From positions 1 through 26,177 of IMG/VR virus record IMGVR_UViG_3300037743_000139: a stretch of DNA of 26,177 nucleotides. The stretch is one strand, 5' to 3'. Shown piece by piece: positions 13,388-20,780 of the stretch. Within the stretch, counting starts at the first letter, position 1. The number at the start of each line of letters is the position of its first letter. The translations under genes were made by a program, and so were the position numbers. This DNA comes from a virus. Taxonomy: Duplodnaviria; Caudoviricetes. Below the pieces are notes generated by a model that was given only the letters and a program-made list of their open reading frames with translations, had not been told where the DNA came from and ran no database searches.

Positions 13388-15043
13388 TCAGAATTCGGAG
13401 CTAAGATACGCCCCGGTGAGCACCGTCTGCTGCTTCCCCTGGATCGTGTGCCTCCCGTCGCCGAGCTGGCTCGGGTAGATGGCGAACAGTTCCCGGAAGA
13501 ACACGTTTTTGCCCTTCTTGTGGTATCCCTCCGCCTCGCACCACGCCTCGTAAGCCCAGTACACGCTGTCCTTGGTGGCTGCGGAGCCCGCCTCGAACAC
13601 AAGCCGATCCATGACGAACGCCTTAAGCGGGCTACCGGAACGGTCGGCCTTGCTCATGGCGTCCTTAACGTTCTCCCCCACGGTGAACTTCCCGTCGTTG
13701 GCCCACAGCCGGTCCGCGCCTTCCAGCGCCCAGTTGAGAATGCCGGTGAGTTCCGACCCGAGCTTGTGCTTCAGGTTTCGGTCCTCCTTGCCGTAGAACC
13801 CTTCGATCCTGATGGGCAGCGGCAGGAATCGACCGGCCAGCGCGCCCGTGGTGTCTCTGAGGTCGGGCATGGAGTTGGACATGATCATGAGACGCACGTC
13901 GAGTTTGGTGATGACCGGCGAGAGGTACTTGCGTTCCACGGTCACGGGGTCCTCACCCGAGATCATGAGGAGCTTTTCCACGATCGACGCCTCGGACTTC
14001 TCCATGCGCGCGTCACCGAAGATGGCAAGGCGCTTCCCGAGCATGTTAGACAGCCCGTACTTGTCGCCGAACGTGGACATGAGCGGATGGTCGACTTCGC
14101 TGCGACCGCCGAGCAGTTCCTCAAGCACCCACGCGGCTGTCCCCTTGCCGCAACGGCGCGGCCCGACAAGGACCAGGATCTTCTGCAGCGATGTCGAGCG
14201 TGTGAGGACGTATCCGAACCATTCCTGCAGGAGCCGCTGCGAGGCGTGGTCGTCAGGCCACAGCTCGTCCAGGAATTTCAGCCACAGCGGGCATTCGGCT
14301 TCGGGATCGTAGTCGACGGCCACGGCGGCATCGGTGAAGAACGCGGGTGTGTGCGGCATGAGCTGGCGAGCGTCCGCGCCTCCGGACGTGGGACACCACA
14401 GCAACCCGTTGGCGACGCAGGTGACCTCGTTGCCTGGTGTTTCGAGTTCCCGCGTCGCGGCGTCGTTGCCGATCCACGTTCCTGCGGACATGGTCTCATC
14501 GGGGCGAGAGGCAGCGGCGAGAGCGTCGGTGACCTCTTTGACACTCCGGTTGTTGGGGTCCCAGTCTTTGACCTCTACGCCTTTTCGCTGCGTCTCGTGC
14601 TGATAGGTGGCGTTGTCCATGAGCGCACGAACCATGTCGGGAACGGCGTACTTGTTGTCGACCTGCCCGAAGGGGCGGTATCGCCCTCCGGTTCGCTGGT
14701 CCCGCCAGATGTACCAACCGTCCCTCCAGTGCCTGAGGTGCACGCCTTCGTCATCGGCGAGCATGTGCGCGATGAGACGCGCGACCGCTCCCGGCCTGTG
14801 GGGTCCAGGAACGGGCTCGCCGAAGTCGAGGCACCGAGGGAGGAGTTTGAGCGTGTCAGGGATGGTGATGTGCGTGGTGAGATGCCCGTCAGGGGTCATG
14901 GTGAGCTGGTCACCACCGGTGCTGGTGGGCACGGGTTCGGCGGGCTGCTTCGGTGCGAGTTCCCCGAGCATGTATTGTTGCAGGTCCAATTCGCTCATTT
15001 TGCCCATGTTGCCGTTGTTCGATGGCGTGGTATCGTTGTCCAC
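13388..15043 (-). CDS. D5/P4-family (SF3) DNA helicase, primase-associated (551 aa)
   Basis: NGLL..PHTP.FFT..DYDPEAECPLW.KFL..LQEWFGY; Walker A GPRRCGKGT; ISGED.V.VERKY; SN..P; C-terminal winged-helix-like VY.AY..WC..EG; GTG 15043 with RBS AAAGGA. Confidence 0.92.
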   Translation of the reverse strand: MDNDTTPSNNGNMGKMSELDLQQYMLGELAPKQPAEPVPTSTGGDQLTMTPDGHLTTHITIPDTLKLLPRCLDFGEPVPGPHRPGAVARLIAHMLADDEGVHLRHWRDGWYIWRDQRTGGRYRPFGQVDNKYAVPDMVRALMDNATYQHETQRKGVEVKDWDPNNRSVKEVTDALAAASRPDETMSAGTWIGNDAATRELETPGNEVTCVANGLLWCPTSGGADARQLMPHTPAFFTDAAVAVDYDPEAECPLWLKFLDELWPDDHASQRLLQEWFGYVLTRSTSLQKILVLVGPRRCGKGTAAWVLEELLGGRSEVDHPLMSTFGDKYGLSNMLGKRLAIFGDARMEKSEASIVEKLLMISGEDPVTVERKYLSPVITKLDVRLMIMSNSMPDLRDTTGALAGRFLPLPIRIEGFYGKEDRNLKHKLGSELTGILNWALEGADRLWANDGKFTVGENVKDAMSKADRSGSPLKAFVMDRLVFEAGSAATKDSVYWAYEAWCEAEGYHKKGKNVFFRELFAIYPSQLGDGRHTIQGKQQTVLTGAYLSSEF

Positions 15044-15095
15044 GTACGTTCCTTTCGTTGTCGTTGCAGTCGACGCATGAAGTACAGCGGGATGG

Positions 15096-15125
15096 GAAAC
15101 CCCCGGGCTCACACCCGGGGGTTTC
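15096..15125. terminator. Terminator-like perfect hairpin
   Basis: GAAACCCCCGGG-N6-CCCGGGGGTTTC. Confidence 0.75.
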
Positions 15126-15132
15126 TTGCTGC

Positions 15133-15459
15133 CTATGAGCTCAGGGATTCGGCATGGTCTTCACGTGCCAGGCGTGCGTGCTCGGAAAGCTGGTGAGCGA
15201 CATCCCCGTACGTCGTCTTGCGGCCAGGCGTGGCCTGGTAGATGATCGCCTGGAGTTCCAGCGCTTCGGCTTCGATGAGATCACGAGGGCATGTGTCGCG
15301 TGACCAGTTGTCGAAAGCGTCAAGTGCGTTCAAGACGAGATCGGCAGCGGAAGCGGTGATGTCGCTGGGCATCCCCGCGAGCGCTCCTTGGTTGATCTCG
15401 CGCAGGACGATTTCACGACGCATGTCCTGCCGTTGGGTGTCGGTCATTTTGGTGGTCAT
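15133..15459 (-). CDS. Hypothetical protein (108 aa)
   Basis: RBS GAGGGG; within operon. Confidence 0.75.
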   Translation of the reverse strand: MTTKMTDTQRQDMRREIVLREINQGALAGMPSDITASAADLVLNALDAFDNWSRDTCPRDLIEAEALELQAIIYQATPGRKTTYGDVAHQLSEHARLAREDHAESLSS

Positions 15460-15460
15460 G

Positions 15461-15622
15461 TCAGCGCCCCTCTTCGAACGGTTTGCGCTTCATGTCTTTC
15501 TGCGCGTTGTCGGTGCGTGTTTCCCGCTGTGAATCGCGCCTTGCGGTGCAGTTGTCTCGTGAAGTGCGGGTGGTGGGTTCGTTGCGTTCGGGGTTGGGCT
15601 GTCGGTTGTGCCAGAGTGCCAT
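15461..15622 (-). CDS. Small hydrophilic protein (53 aa)
   Basis: MALWHNRQPNPER...KPFEEGR; RBS AGAGGA; fills the gap. Confidence 0.6.
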   Translation of the reverse strand: MALWHNRQPNPERNEPTTRTSRDNCTARRDSQRETRTDNAQKDMKRKPFEEGR

Positions 15623-15625
15623 CTT

Positions 15626-15844
15626 CTAGTCCTCTTTCTTCCAGTCGGCACCGCGAACGGTGTCGGGGGTCGAGTAGCCGTCCGTGCCGAACATGGTCCG
15701 ATCATCCCACCCGTTTGCAACGGGTTCCGGGTACAGGTACGGGTCACTGGCCGCGCATCGGGCCACTGTGCAGTTCGGAGAGCACGGGTCGGGTGTGTAT
15801 CCGTAGTTCTGGCAGTCGGGTGAACCGCTGAGTTCACGCTTCAT
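15626..15844 (-). CDS. Hypothetical protein (72 aa)
   Basis: ATGA overlap; four Cys. Confidence 0.65.
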   Translation of the reverse strand: MKRELSGSPDCQNYGYTPDPCSPNCTVARCAASDPYLYPEPVANGWDDRTMFGTDGYSTPDTVRGADWKKED

Positions 15845-16002
15845 CGCTCGTTCTCCACTCGTGCGGCTAGTTTCCGCAGCCGCTTCGCGCTTTGACGTGC
15901 TTCGACCAGCTCCTTACTGCTACCAGCGTGTTCGTCTAGGACTGCTGCGAACATACGCAGCGCCCACGCGGTGTCCTTTCGCTCTTTGTAGTCGAATTTC
16001 AT
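15841..16002 (-). CDS. Small helical protein (53 aa)
   Basis: MKFDYKERKDTAWALRMFAAVLDEH...; fills the gap, coupled. Confidence 0.65.
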   Translation of the reverse strand: MKFDYKERKDTAWALRMFAAVLDEHAGSSKELVEARQSAKRLRKLAARVENER

Positions 16003-16005
16003 CGT

Positions 16006-16173
16006 TCAGTCTTCTTTCTTGTTGTGGTTCATGCAGCGGCACTGCACGTGCACGCCGGGCGGCGCGGGAATCGCTCGATACGGTCCCCATCGTTTGCCGT
16101 CGAACACTTCGACCTTGCCGTCCTTGATGCGCACGGCACCCTCTTCGTCGGGAACGGGGTTTTCGTCGGTCAT
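16006..16173 (-). CDS. Small protein (55 aa)
   Basis: MTDENPVPDEEGAVRIKDGKVEVFDGKRW...HVQCRC; RBS AGAGGA. Confidence 0.65.
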   Translation of the reverse strand: MTDENPVPDEEGAVRIKDGKVEVFDGKRWGPYRAIPAPPGVHVQCRCMNHNKKED

Positions 16174-16176
16174 CGT

Positions 16177-16344
16177 TCAGTCCTCTTTCGTGTCGTCGTC
16201 AACAGGCACCAACCGATACCCGAGGTTCGAGGCCTGTGCTTGCAGCATGACCAGGCGTTGCTTCCGCTTGTCGGCGCTGGTCTTGCCTGCCCACCGCGCT
16301 TGCGCGGCGGTGCGGGCGCGTTCAACGCGTTGTTCTTTGTTCAT
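16177..16344 (-). CDS. Small basic protein (55 aa)
   Basis: MNKEQRVERARTAAQARW...; ATGA overlap. Confidence 0.7.
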   Translation of the reverse strand: MNKEQRVERARTAAQARWAGKTSADKRKQRLVMLQAQASNLGYRLVPVDDDTKED

Positions 16345-16514
16345 CGTTCGCCTTCCGCTCCCCACGCTTCGATTTCCTCTGGAAGGAGGATGCCAGGCGT
16401 GGTTGCCCAGAGTTTGTCACTCATCGCCTTGCGTGCGGTTTCCGCCTGGGCGTACAGGCCCAAAAGCTCGTCAGGTGCGCACCAACCGGGTTCGCGTGCT
16501 TGGTTGCTATTCAT
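16341..16514 (-). CDS. Small protein (57 aa)
   Basis: Strong RBS AAGGAGGT; MNSNQAREPGWC... Confidence 0.7.
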   Translation of the reverse strand: MNSNQAREPGWCAPDELLGLYAQAETARKAMSDKLWATTPGILLPEEIEAWGAEGER

Positions 16515-16537
16515 GCTCTACCTCCTTAGAATGCATC

Positions 16538-17422
16538 CTACCACACGTTACCGGCTCGCCTGCCCGCCTCCCAGCCGGACTCAAACGTCCTACGTTGGGA
16601 TGACTCATCATCATTCGCGCCGATCGAGAACATCACGGTCCGAAGCTCGGACCAGGCATCCTGAGCGCTCAAGGTGCCCATTTTCCCGAGCCGGAACGCG
16701 GCAACATTCAGTTCGTTGTTGCGGGTCCCTGGTGCCGAACTGCCGAGCCGGTCAAGTATCCGCTCAGCGGCTCGCTCAGCGGCCTTGCTGCCAGGTTCGT
16801 ACTGCGGCTCGTCTCGCGCTTCGCGCTCAGGCTTGCGCGTCAGCTTCACGAGCCATTCGGGAGCCGGGACGATAACAGTACTCCGGATACCGCCCCTCGG
16901 AACGACTTGATAGCCGCCGCAGCCGGGAGCTTTCACGAGTCCCCCGATGCCCTTCACATCCAGGTTTGGTGCCAGGTGACCGGACGAGTCGCTGCGCACG
17001 CCGCCTTCGGCGTCCGCTGTCTCGTCCCACCGGAAATACAGGTGAGCCCCACCTGAGGGAGTGGCTACGGTCATGGTTCGGGTGAACTCTTCGACGCCAG
17101 CGCCGTTCGCCTTCGCGAGGTCGTGGAACACCTCGAATCCGTTGATCCCGTGCTTGGTATCAATGTCCAAGATCCACACGCCCGAGCCAGGGCCGGTGGC
17201 GATGCCGACCGGGCAGCCGGTGAACTCGCCGCCTGCCCACCACGCCCGGATCGTCGCCACGTCGGCCGTGGCCCTGGTCTTCCACCCCTCGATGGCAGGC
17301 CGCTTGGTTCCGGGAACCAGCGGGAACACACGGAATCCGAGCTGCGAGCAGGCGTACGCCACCGCTCCCGCGCTGGGAGCTTGGCCGCCTGCTGCGGTGT
17401 CTTCGAAGCGAGTGCTTGCCAT
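16538..17422 (-). CDS. Bifunctional DNA primase/polymerase (Prim-Pol) with C-terminal helical domain
   Basis: VFPL.PGTKRP, GIATG..SGVWILDID.K, TPSGGAHLYF, LDVKG.GG.V.AP, G.RNNELN.AAF.LG. Confidence 0.92.
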   Translation of the reverse strand: MASTRFEDTAAGGQAPSAGAVAYACSQLGFRVFPLVPGTKRPAIEGWKTRATADVATIRAWWAGGEFTGCPVGIATGPGSGVWILDIDTKHGINGFEVFHDLAKANGAGVEEFTRTMTVATPSGGAHLYFRWDETADAEGGVRSDSSGHLAPNLDVKGIGGLVKAPGCGGYQVVPRGGIRSTVIVPAPEWLVKLTRKPEREARDEPQYEPGSKAAERAAERILDRLGSSAPGTRNNELNVAAFRLGKMGTLSAQDAWSELRTVMFSIGANDDESSQRRTFESGWEAGRRAGNVW

Positions 17423-17540
17423 CCTTCATCCTCTCATCGTTGGTCTTCGTTGTTCTAGTCTACGCCTCATGCTACTCTTGCGGTAGTCGGGGAACCCCGT
17501 TGACGATTGTGAAGATCGAAAGATGATGAAGGGACACACC

Positions 17541-17681
17541 ATGAGCAACACTGACATGGGGATGTATGAGGACCCTGCGGTCCTCAAGGCGATCCGCGAA
17601 CACCTTGCCGAGCAGGCGCGCGAATCTCACCAGGACGACTGGTACGAAACCGACGAACGACACGAAGATGAGGGGAACTAG
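17541..17681 (+). CDS. Small acidic protein (46 aa)
   Basis: RBS GAAGGGAC; MSNTDMGMYEDPAVLKAIREHL... Confidence 0.7.
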   Translation: MSNTDMGMYEDPAVLKAIREHLAEQARESHQDDWYETDERHEDEGN

Positions 17682-17682
17682 C

Positions 17683-18264
17683 ATGGATGTGTATCGAGAT
17701 GATGAAGCGTGCGAGGCTGCGGTCAAGGGCTGGGACAATGGCGAAGGACCCCTGGACGTGGTTTCGGACGAGTTCGCAGAGTTCGCTGCCGAAGAGTGCG
17801 AGTACGACGATCCCACCGTGAAGGACTTCACCGTTTCCGGGCAGGCGTTCACTGGGCGGGTACTGGGTTTCGGGTCCTCCCGCCACCGGAACGGAACCCA
17901 CAATGGACACATGCCGGGTACGGTGCTGCCGCGTGGCCAGACGTGCTCCGCGTGCCGTTGGGCCGACGTGGCGATCATGGGCGTGAACACTGACGACAAC
18001 GTTCCGATGTTCCTCGTACTGACCATCGGCAAGTCCACGATCCCGGGCGAAGACCAGCGGGTGTCGACCACGTGGACGCCGGACCCGCTTGAGGTGTTGA
18101 AGTCGCTCTACGTGAAGAGCAAGAACGGACACCCGGCAAAGATCCCGCTCCCGAACGCTACCGCGTTCCGCGCCGCTGCCGCTGTCGACAAGTCGCTTGA
18201 CCGTATCCTGGAGAAGTTCGAAGACATGGTGCCCCTGGTTCCCGAGGATGACATCTTCGGGTGA
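17683..18264 (+). CDS. Hypothetical protein with His/CxxC site (193 aa)
   Basis: RBS GAGGGG; LGFGSS.H...H..H...CSACRW...GKSTIPGE. Confidence 0.8.
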   Translation: MDVYRDDEACEAAVKGWDNGEGPLDVVSDEFAEFAAEECEYDDPTVKDFTVSGQAFTGRVLGFGSSRHRNGTHNGHMPGTVLPRGQTCSACRWADVAIMGVNTDDNVPMFLVLTIGKSTIPGEDQRVSTTWTPDPLEVLKSLYVKSKNGHPAKIPLPNATAFRAAAAVDKSLDRILEKFEDMVPLVPEDDIFG

Positions 18265-18277
18265 CGCCGACCCCACG

Positions 18278-18306
18278 TTGCACGATCAGGTGCACCGTGG
18301 TAGGTT
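18278..18306 (+). promoter_or_regulatory. Promoter TTGCAC-N17-TAGGTT with dyad TGCAC/GTGCA
   Basis: Consensus spacing; extended TG. Confidence 0.75.
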
Positions 18307-18324
18307 TGACAAGTCTCTCCAATG

Positions 18325-18406
18325 CTTTCGGGCGAAGGAATCAGCGCTTACCCGCTGGTGGGAGCCGTCTTACGAGGGGTGGCGGCTCCCGACAACACAC
18401 TCCCTC
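18325..18406 (+). ncRNA. Structured 5' leader with predicted H-type pseudoknot
   Basis: Two small hairpins, then stem 18360-69/18381-90 whose loop GAGGGG can pair with TCCCTC at 18401-06. Confidence 0.5.
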
Positions 18407-18437
18407 AAGATCACGATCAAAGACGGAAGGACACATC

Positions 18438-18857
18438 ATGTTCAACACTGAACCTGAAACCAAGCGTGACCAGCTTGTTCGCGGGCTGCAATCCGCTGCC
18501 GCTTTCCTGCACTACGCCGAAGAGTTTCCGCTGAACGTCGGCCGGTTCGACATCACGTATTGCGTGCTGAACGACGACCAGGACGCGGCCCGCGAAGAGT
18601 TCGAGAACTTGACCGCGAAGCTCCGCGCCGAGGTCGAGGGGCCCGCTACCGCGTGGTTCGTGGAGACTGGCGACATGGAGCACGGGAACACCGTTCAGCA
18701 CTCAACCCGCTTGGTCTTCCGGAATACCCCGGTTGCCTACCACGTGCTGTGGATTGAGAAGACGGAAGAGGCCGAAAACCCTTACCACGAGTGCCCGGGT
18801 TCTGAGTGCTCGGTCTGCTACCGCGATGAGAAGACGGGAGACACCGAAGATGAGTAA
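18438..18857 (+). CDS. Hypothetical protein (139 aa)
   Basis: RBS GAAGGAC; C-terminal HECPGSECSVC. Confidence 0.8.
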   Translation: MFNTEPETKRDQLVRGLQSAAAFLHYAEEFPLNVGRFDITYCVLNDDQDAAREEFENLTAKLRAEVEGPATAWFVETGDMEHGNTVQHSTRLVFRNTPVAYHVLWIEKTEEAENPYHECPGSECSVCYRDEKTGDTEDE

Positions 18858-19059
18858 CCACACCAAGCGAGGCCTGTTCGTGCTCAGCATCCACAGTGCC
18901 TGCGTAATGTTGGCTGCTGCCGGTTGCAGCATTGCCCAACACTCATGGGTTCCTGTCGCGGGCGTGACGTTCGGATTCCTCATCAGTGGAGTAGTCACGG
19001 TGTTGACCATCGGTTTGTGCAAGCTCGCCGACAAGATTTGGAGTGACAATGATGAGTGA
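18850..19059 (+). CDS. Two-TM small membrane protein
   Basis: Two hydrophobic stretches; RBS GGGAG. Confidence 0.7.
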   Translation: MSNHTKRGLFVLSIHSACVMLAAAGCSIAQHSWVPVAGVTFGFLISGVVTVLTIGLCKLADKIWSDNDE

Positions 19060-19225
19060 TGGATCGAAGAGTTTCGAGTACTACATGCGCAAGGCCGATG
19101 AGGCGTTGCAATCAGCCAGTGAGAAGGCTAAAAACGGGTGTAACGAGTCTGCAAAGTCATACCTTAGCGTCGCCGAGATGTACACCGAGCAGGCCAAGTT
19201 GATGAAGGGACCGGTGATGTACTGA
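19049..19225 (+). CDS. Small helical protein, paralogue of 19374..19601
   Basis: MSD..K.F.YY..KA...L...A..YTE.AK. Confidence 0.75.
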   Translation: MMSDGSKSFEYYMRKADEALQSASEKAKNGCNESAKSYLSVAEMYTEQAKLMKGPVMY

Positions 19226-19377
19226 TGAGTGACACCGGACTGCTAGCGGCGCTGATCGGCGGGATGATCGGTCTCATGCTGTCGGTTCCTGCGTTCTGGG
19301 GCATCCTCAAGTGGATCGAACACCGAGACATGACGCGAGTTGAACGAATGATGCGAAAGCGAGCAAAGAAACGATGA
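19225..19377 (+). CDS. Single-TM protein (50 aa)
   Basis: MSDTGLLAALIGGMIGLMLSVPAFWGILKWIEHR...; coupled on both sides. Confidence 0.7.
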   Translation: MSDTGLLAALIGGMIGLMLSVPAFWGILKWIEHRDMTRVERMMRKRAKKR

Positions 19378-19601
19378 GTGACGAACTGAAAGACTTCCGT
19401 TACTACGCGGACAAGGCCGAAGCGTGGCTAGAAACCACGTGGAAAGAGTCACCGGGCAACGACATCGGAAAAGCCATTTCGAAGGCTGCCGTGTACACCG
19501 AACTGGCGAAGGCCGCGCCGGAGCACGTACCGAATCCGCACTACGTGATCCTGACGCCCGAACAGGCGCGAGATTACGAGGCCATGAAGGGTGACAAGTA
19601 G
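19374..19601 (+). CDS. Small helical protein, paralogue of 19049..19225
   Basis: MSDELKDFRYYADKAEAWL...AAVYTELAK. Confidence 0.75.
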   Translation: MSDELKDFRYYADKAEAWLETTWKESPGNDIGKAISKAAVYTELAKAAPEHVPNPHYVILTPEQARDYEAMKGDK

Positions 19602-19736
19602 ATGACCGACGACAAGCAAAAACTCAACGGCTGCGCTATCGGCGTGATCCTCGTGCTCATTCCGGCCGTGATCGGGTTCGGGACGTTGCTGTTCTGGATT
19701 CTCCTCGAATTCGGGCAGTGGATCGGGAGGCAGTAG
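19602..19736 (+). CDS. Single-TM protein (44 aa)
   Basis: MTDDKQKLNGCAIGVILVLIPAVIGFGTLLFWILLEFGQWIGRQ; RBS GAAGGGTG. Confidence 0.7.
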   Translation: MTDDKQKLNGCAIGVILVLIPAVIGFGTLLFWILLEFGQWIGRQ

Positions 19737-19963
19737 TGTCCACCCAGGTGTTGTGTGACGGTTGCGGGTGCAAGCTCGTCACCGACACGAAGCCGAACTA
19801 TTGGCACGCCGCGTTCATAGGCGACCACCAGCGCGGAGCGGATGGAAGCGTCCTGGACGTTACCGGTCTGACTGCTCCGGGCAACCGACAGTACATTGTC
19901 AGATTGCTACAGGCAGACCTGTGCATCCCGTGCATGTCGAAGACACAAGGAGAGAAGACGTGA
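19736..19963 (+). CDS. Zn-ribbon protein CDxCG...DLCxxC
   Basis: GTG 19736 with RBS GGGAGG; CDGCG and DLCIPC. Confidence 0.75.
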   Translation: MSTQVLCDGCGCKLVTDTKPNYWHAAFIGDHQRGADGSVLDVTGLTAPGNRQYIVRLLQADLCIPCMSKTQGEKT

Positions 19964-20157
19964 ACCAAGTCGAGTATCAAGGGTCAGAGCATCTGATCGA
20001 AAACCAGCGGTTTACGTTCGCCAAGCGAACGCCCACCATGGCGTACCCAAGCGGCATGTGGGTCATGACGGCTGCTGATGTCAACGGGAACCGGGTGCAA
20101 GTCGAATTCGGCTATGAGGGTTATGAACTCCTCAAGGCCATCGTGCGTGAGTACTGA
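19960..20157 (+). CDS. Hypothetical protein (65 aa)
   Basis: GTGA overlap; RBS AAGGAG. Confidence 0.75.
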   Translation: MNQVEYQGSEHLIENQRFTFAKRTPTMAYPSGMWVMTAADVNGNRVQVEFGYEGYELLKAIVREY

Positions 20158-20166
20158 GAGGACACC

Positions 20167-20349
20167 ATGAGCGAAACCAAGGAACTCATGACACCGAGTG
20201 AGGTCGGGAAGGCTTTGCGCGTCGATGCCAAGACGGTCACGCGCTGGGCGGAACGAGGACTGCTGTTCTCGATCAAGACGCCAGGCGGACACAATCGTTT
20301 TCGAAAGGCCGATATCGAGGCGATCATGAACGGCGAAACAGAAAGCTAG
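20167..20349 (+). CDS. bldC: BldC-like small MerR/Xis-type winged-HTH regulator
   Basis: LMTPSEV...RVDAKTVTRWA..G.L.SI.TPGGH.RFR closely follows Streptomyces BldC (LLTPAEV...RVDPKTVTRWA..G.L.SI.TLGGHRRYR, from memory). Confidence 0.85.
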   Translation: MSETKELMTPSEVGKALRVDAKTVTRWAERGLLFSIKTPGGHNRFRKADIEAIMNGETES

Positions 20350-20359
20350 ATAACGTGTC

Positions 20360-20390
20360 AGACCCGGTGTCGATGGGGCACCGGGTCTTT
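20360..20390 (+). terminator. Intrinsic terminator
   Basis: AGACCCGGTGTC/GGCACCGGGTCT + TT. Confidence 0.85.
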
Positions 20391-20434
20391 CGCTATGCTG
20401 GACAGACCGCACAAACCTTCGCAAGGAATCCGCC

Positions 20435-20671
20435 GTGTTTTGGTCTGCCCTTTTTGTCCTCGGTTACACCATGTTCGCCATTGGCGCGGGTGTCATGCTG
20501 TTCAATACCGTATCAACCGTTATGGGCTCCATGCCCGAATCCCAGCACCGCAACACCACCGAAGATGAGATCTGGCGTGACCTGCTCGTTACGGTCGGCA
20601 TTGCCGCGCTCTGGCCGGTTACGCTTCCCCTATGGCTGGCTAGCCGAGCCGCTGCCAATGCTGTAAGCTAG
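20435..20671 (+). CDS. Two-TM membrane protein (78 aa)
   Basis: RBS AAGGA; two hydrophobic segments, second ending ALWPVTLP. Confidence 0.75.
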   Translation: MFWSALFVLGYTMFAIGAGVMLFNTVSTVMGSMPESQHRNTTEDEIWRDLLVTVGIAALWPVTLPLWLASRAAANAVS

Positions 20672-20681
20672 AGACACGTAC

Positions 20682-20707
20682 ACGGGAGCCCTTCGGGGCT
20701 TCCGTTT
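20682..20707 (+). terminator. Terminator with cUUCGg loop
   Basis: ACGGGAGCCC-TTCG-GGGCTTCCGT-TT. Confidence 0.8.
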
Positions 20708-20711
20708 CAAG

Positions 20712-20780
20712 ACAGAGAGAATCCCCGCGCGAGGCCAATCGCCGGGGGTTGGACGAACAGACTGGAGTATGTTCGACATG
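20712..20780 (+). promoter_or_regulatory. Conserved two-hairpin leader of HNH gene (copy 2)
   Basis: CCCCG-C-GCGA-GGCCAA-TCGC-CGGGG then CGAACA/TGTTCG hairpin around GGAG, ending TCGACATG like copy 1. Confidence 0.8.

Noticed and set aside
13448-15196. 582-aa plus-strand ORF, and similar long antisense ORFs (20640..21737, 23927..25213, 10115..10969, 16024..16875)
   Set aside because: These are stop-poor shadow frames opposite well-supported high-GC genes, with no motifs or RBS.
16020-16050. HVQCRC resembling the HPNCRC motif of MuF head proteins
   Set aside because: An isolated 6-residue match in a 55-aa protein with no other MuF features.
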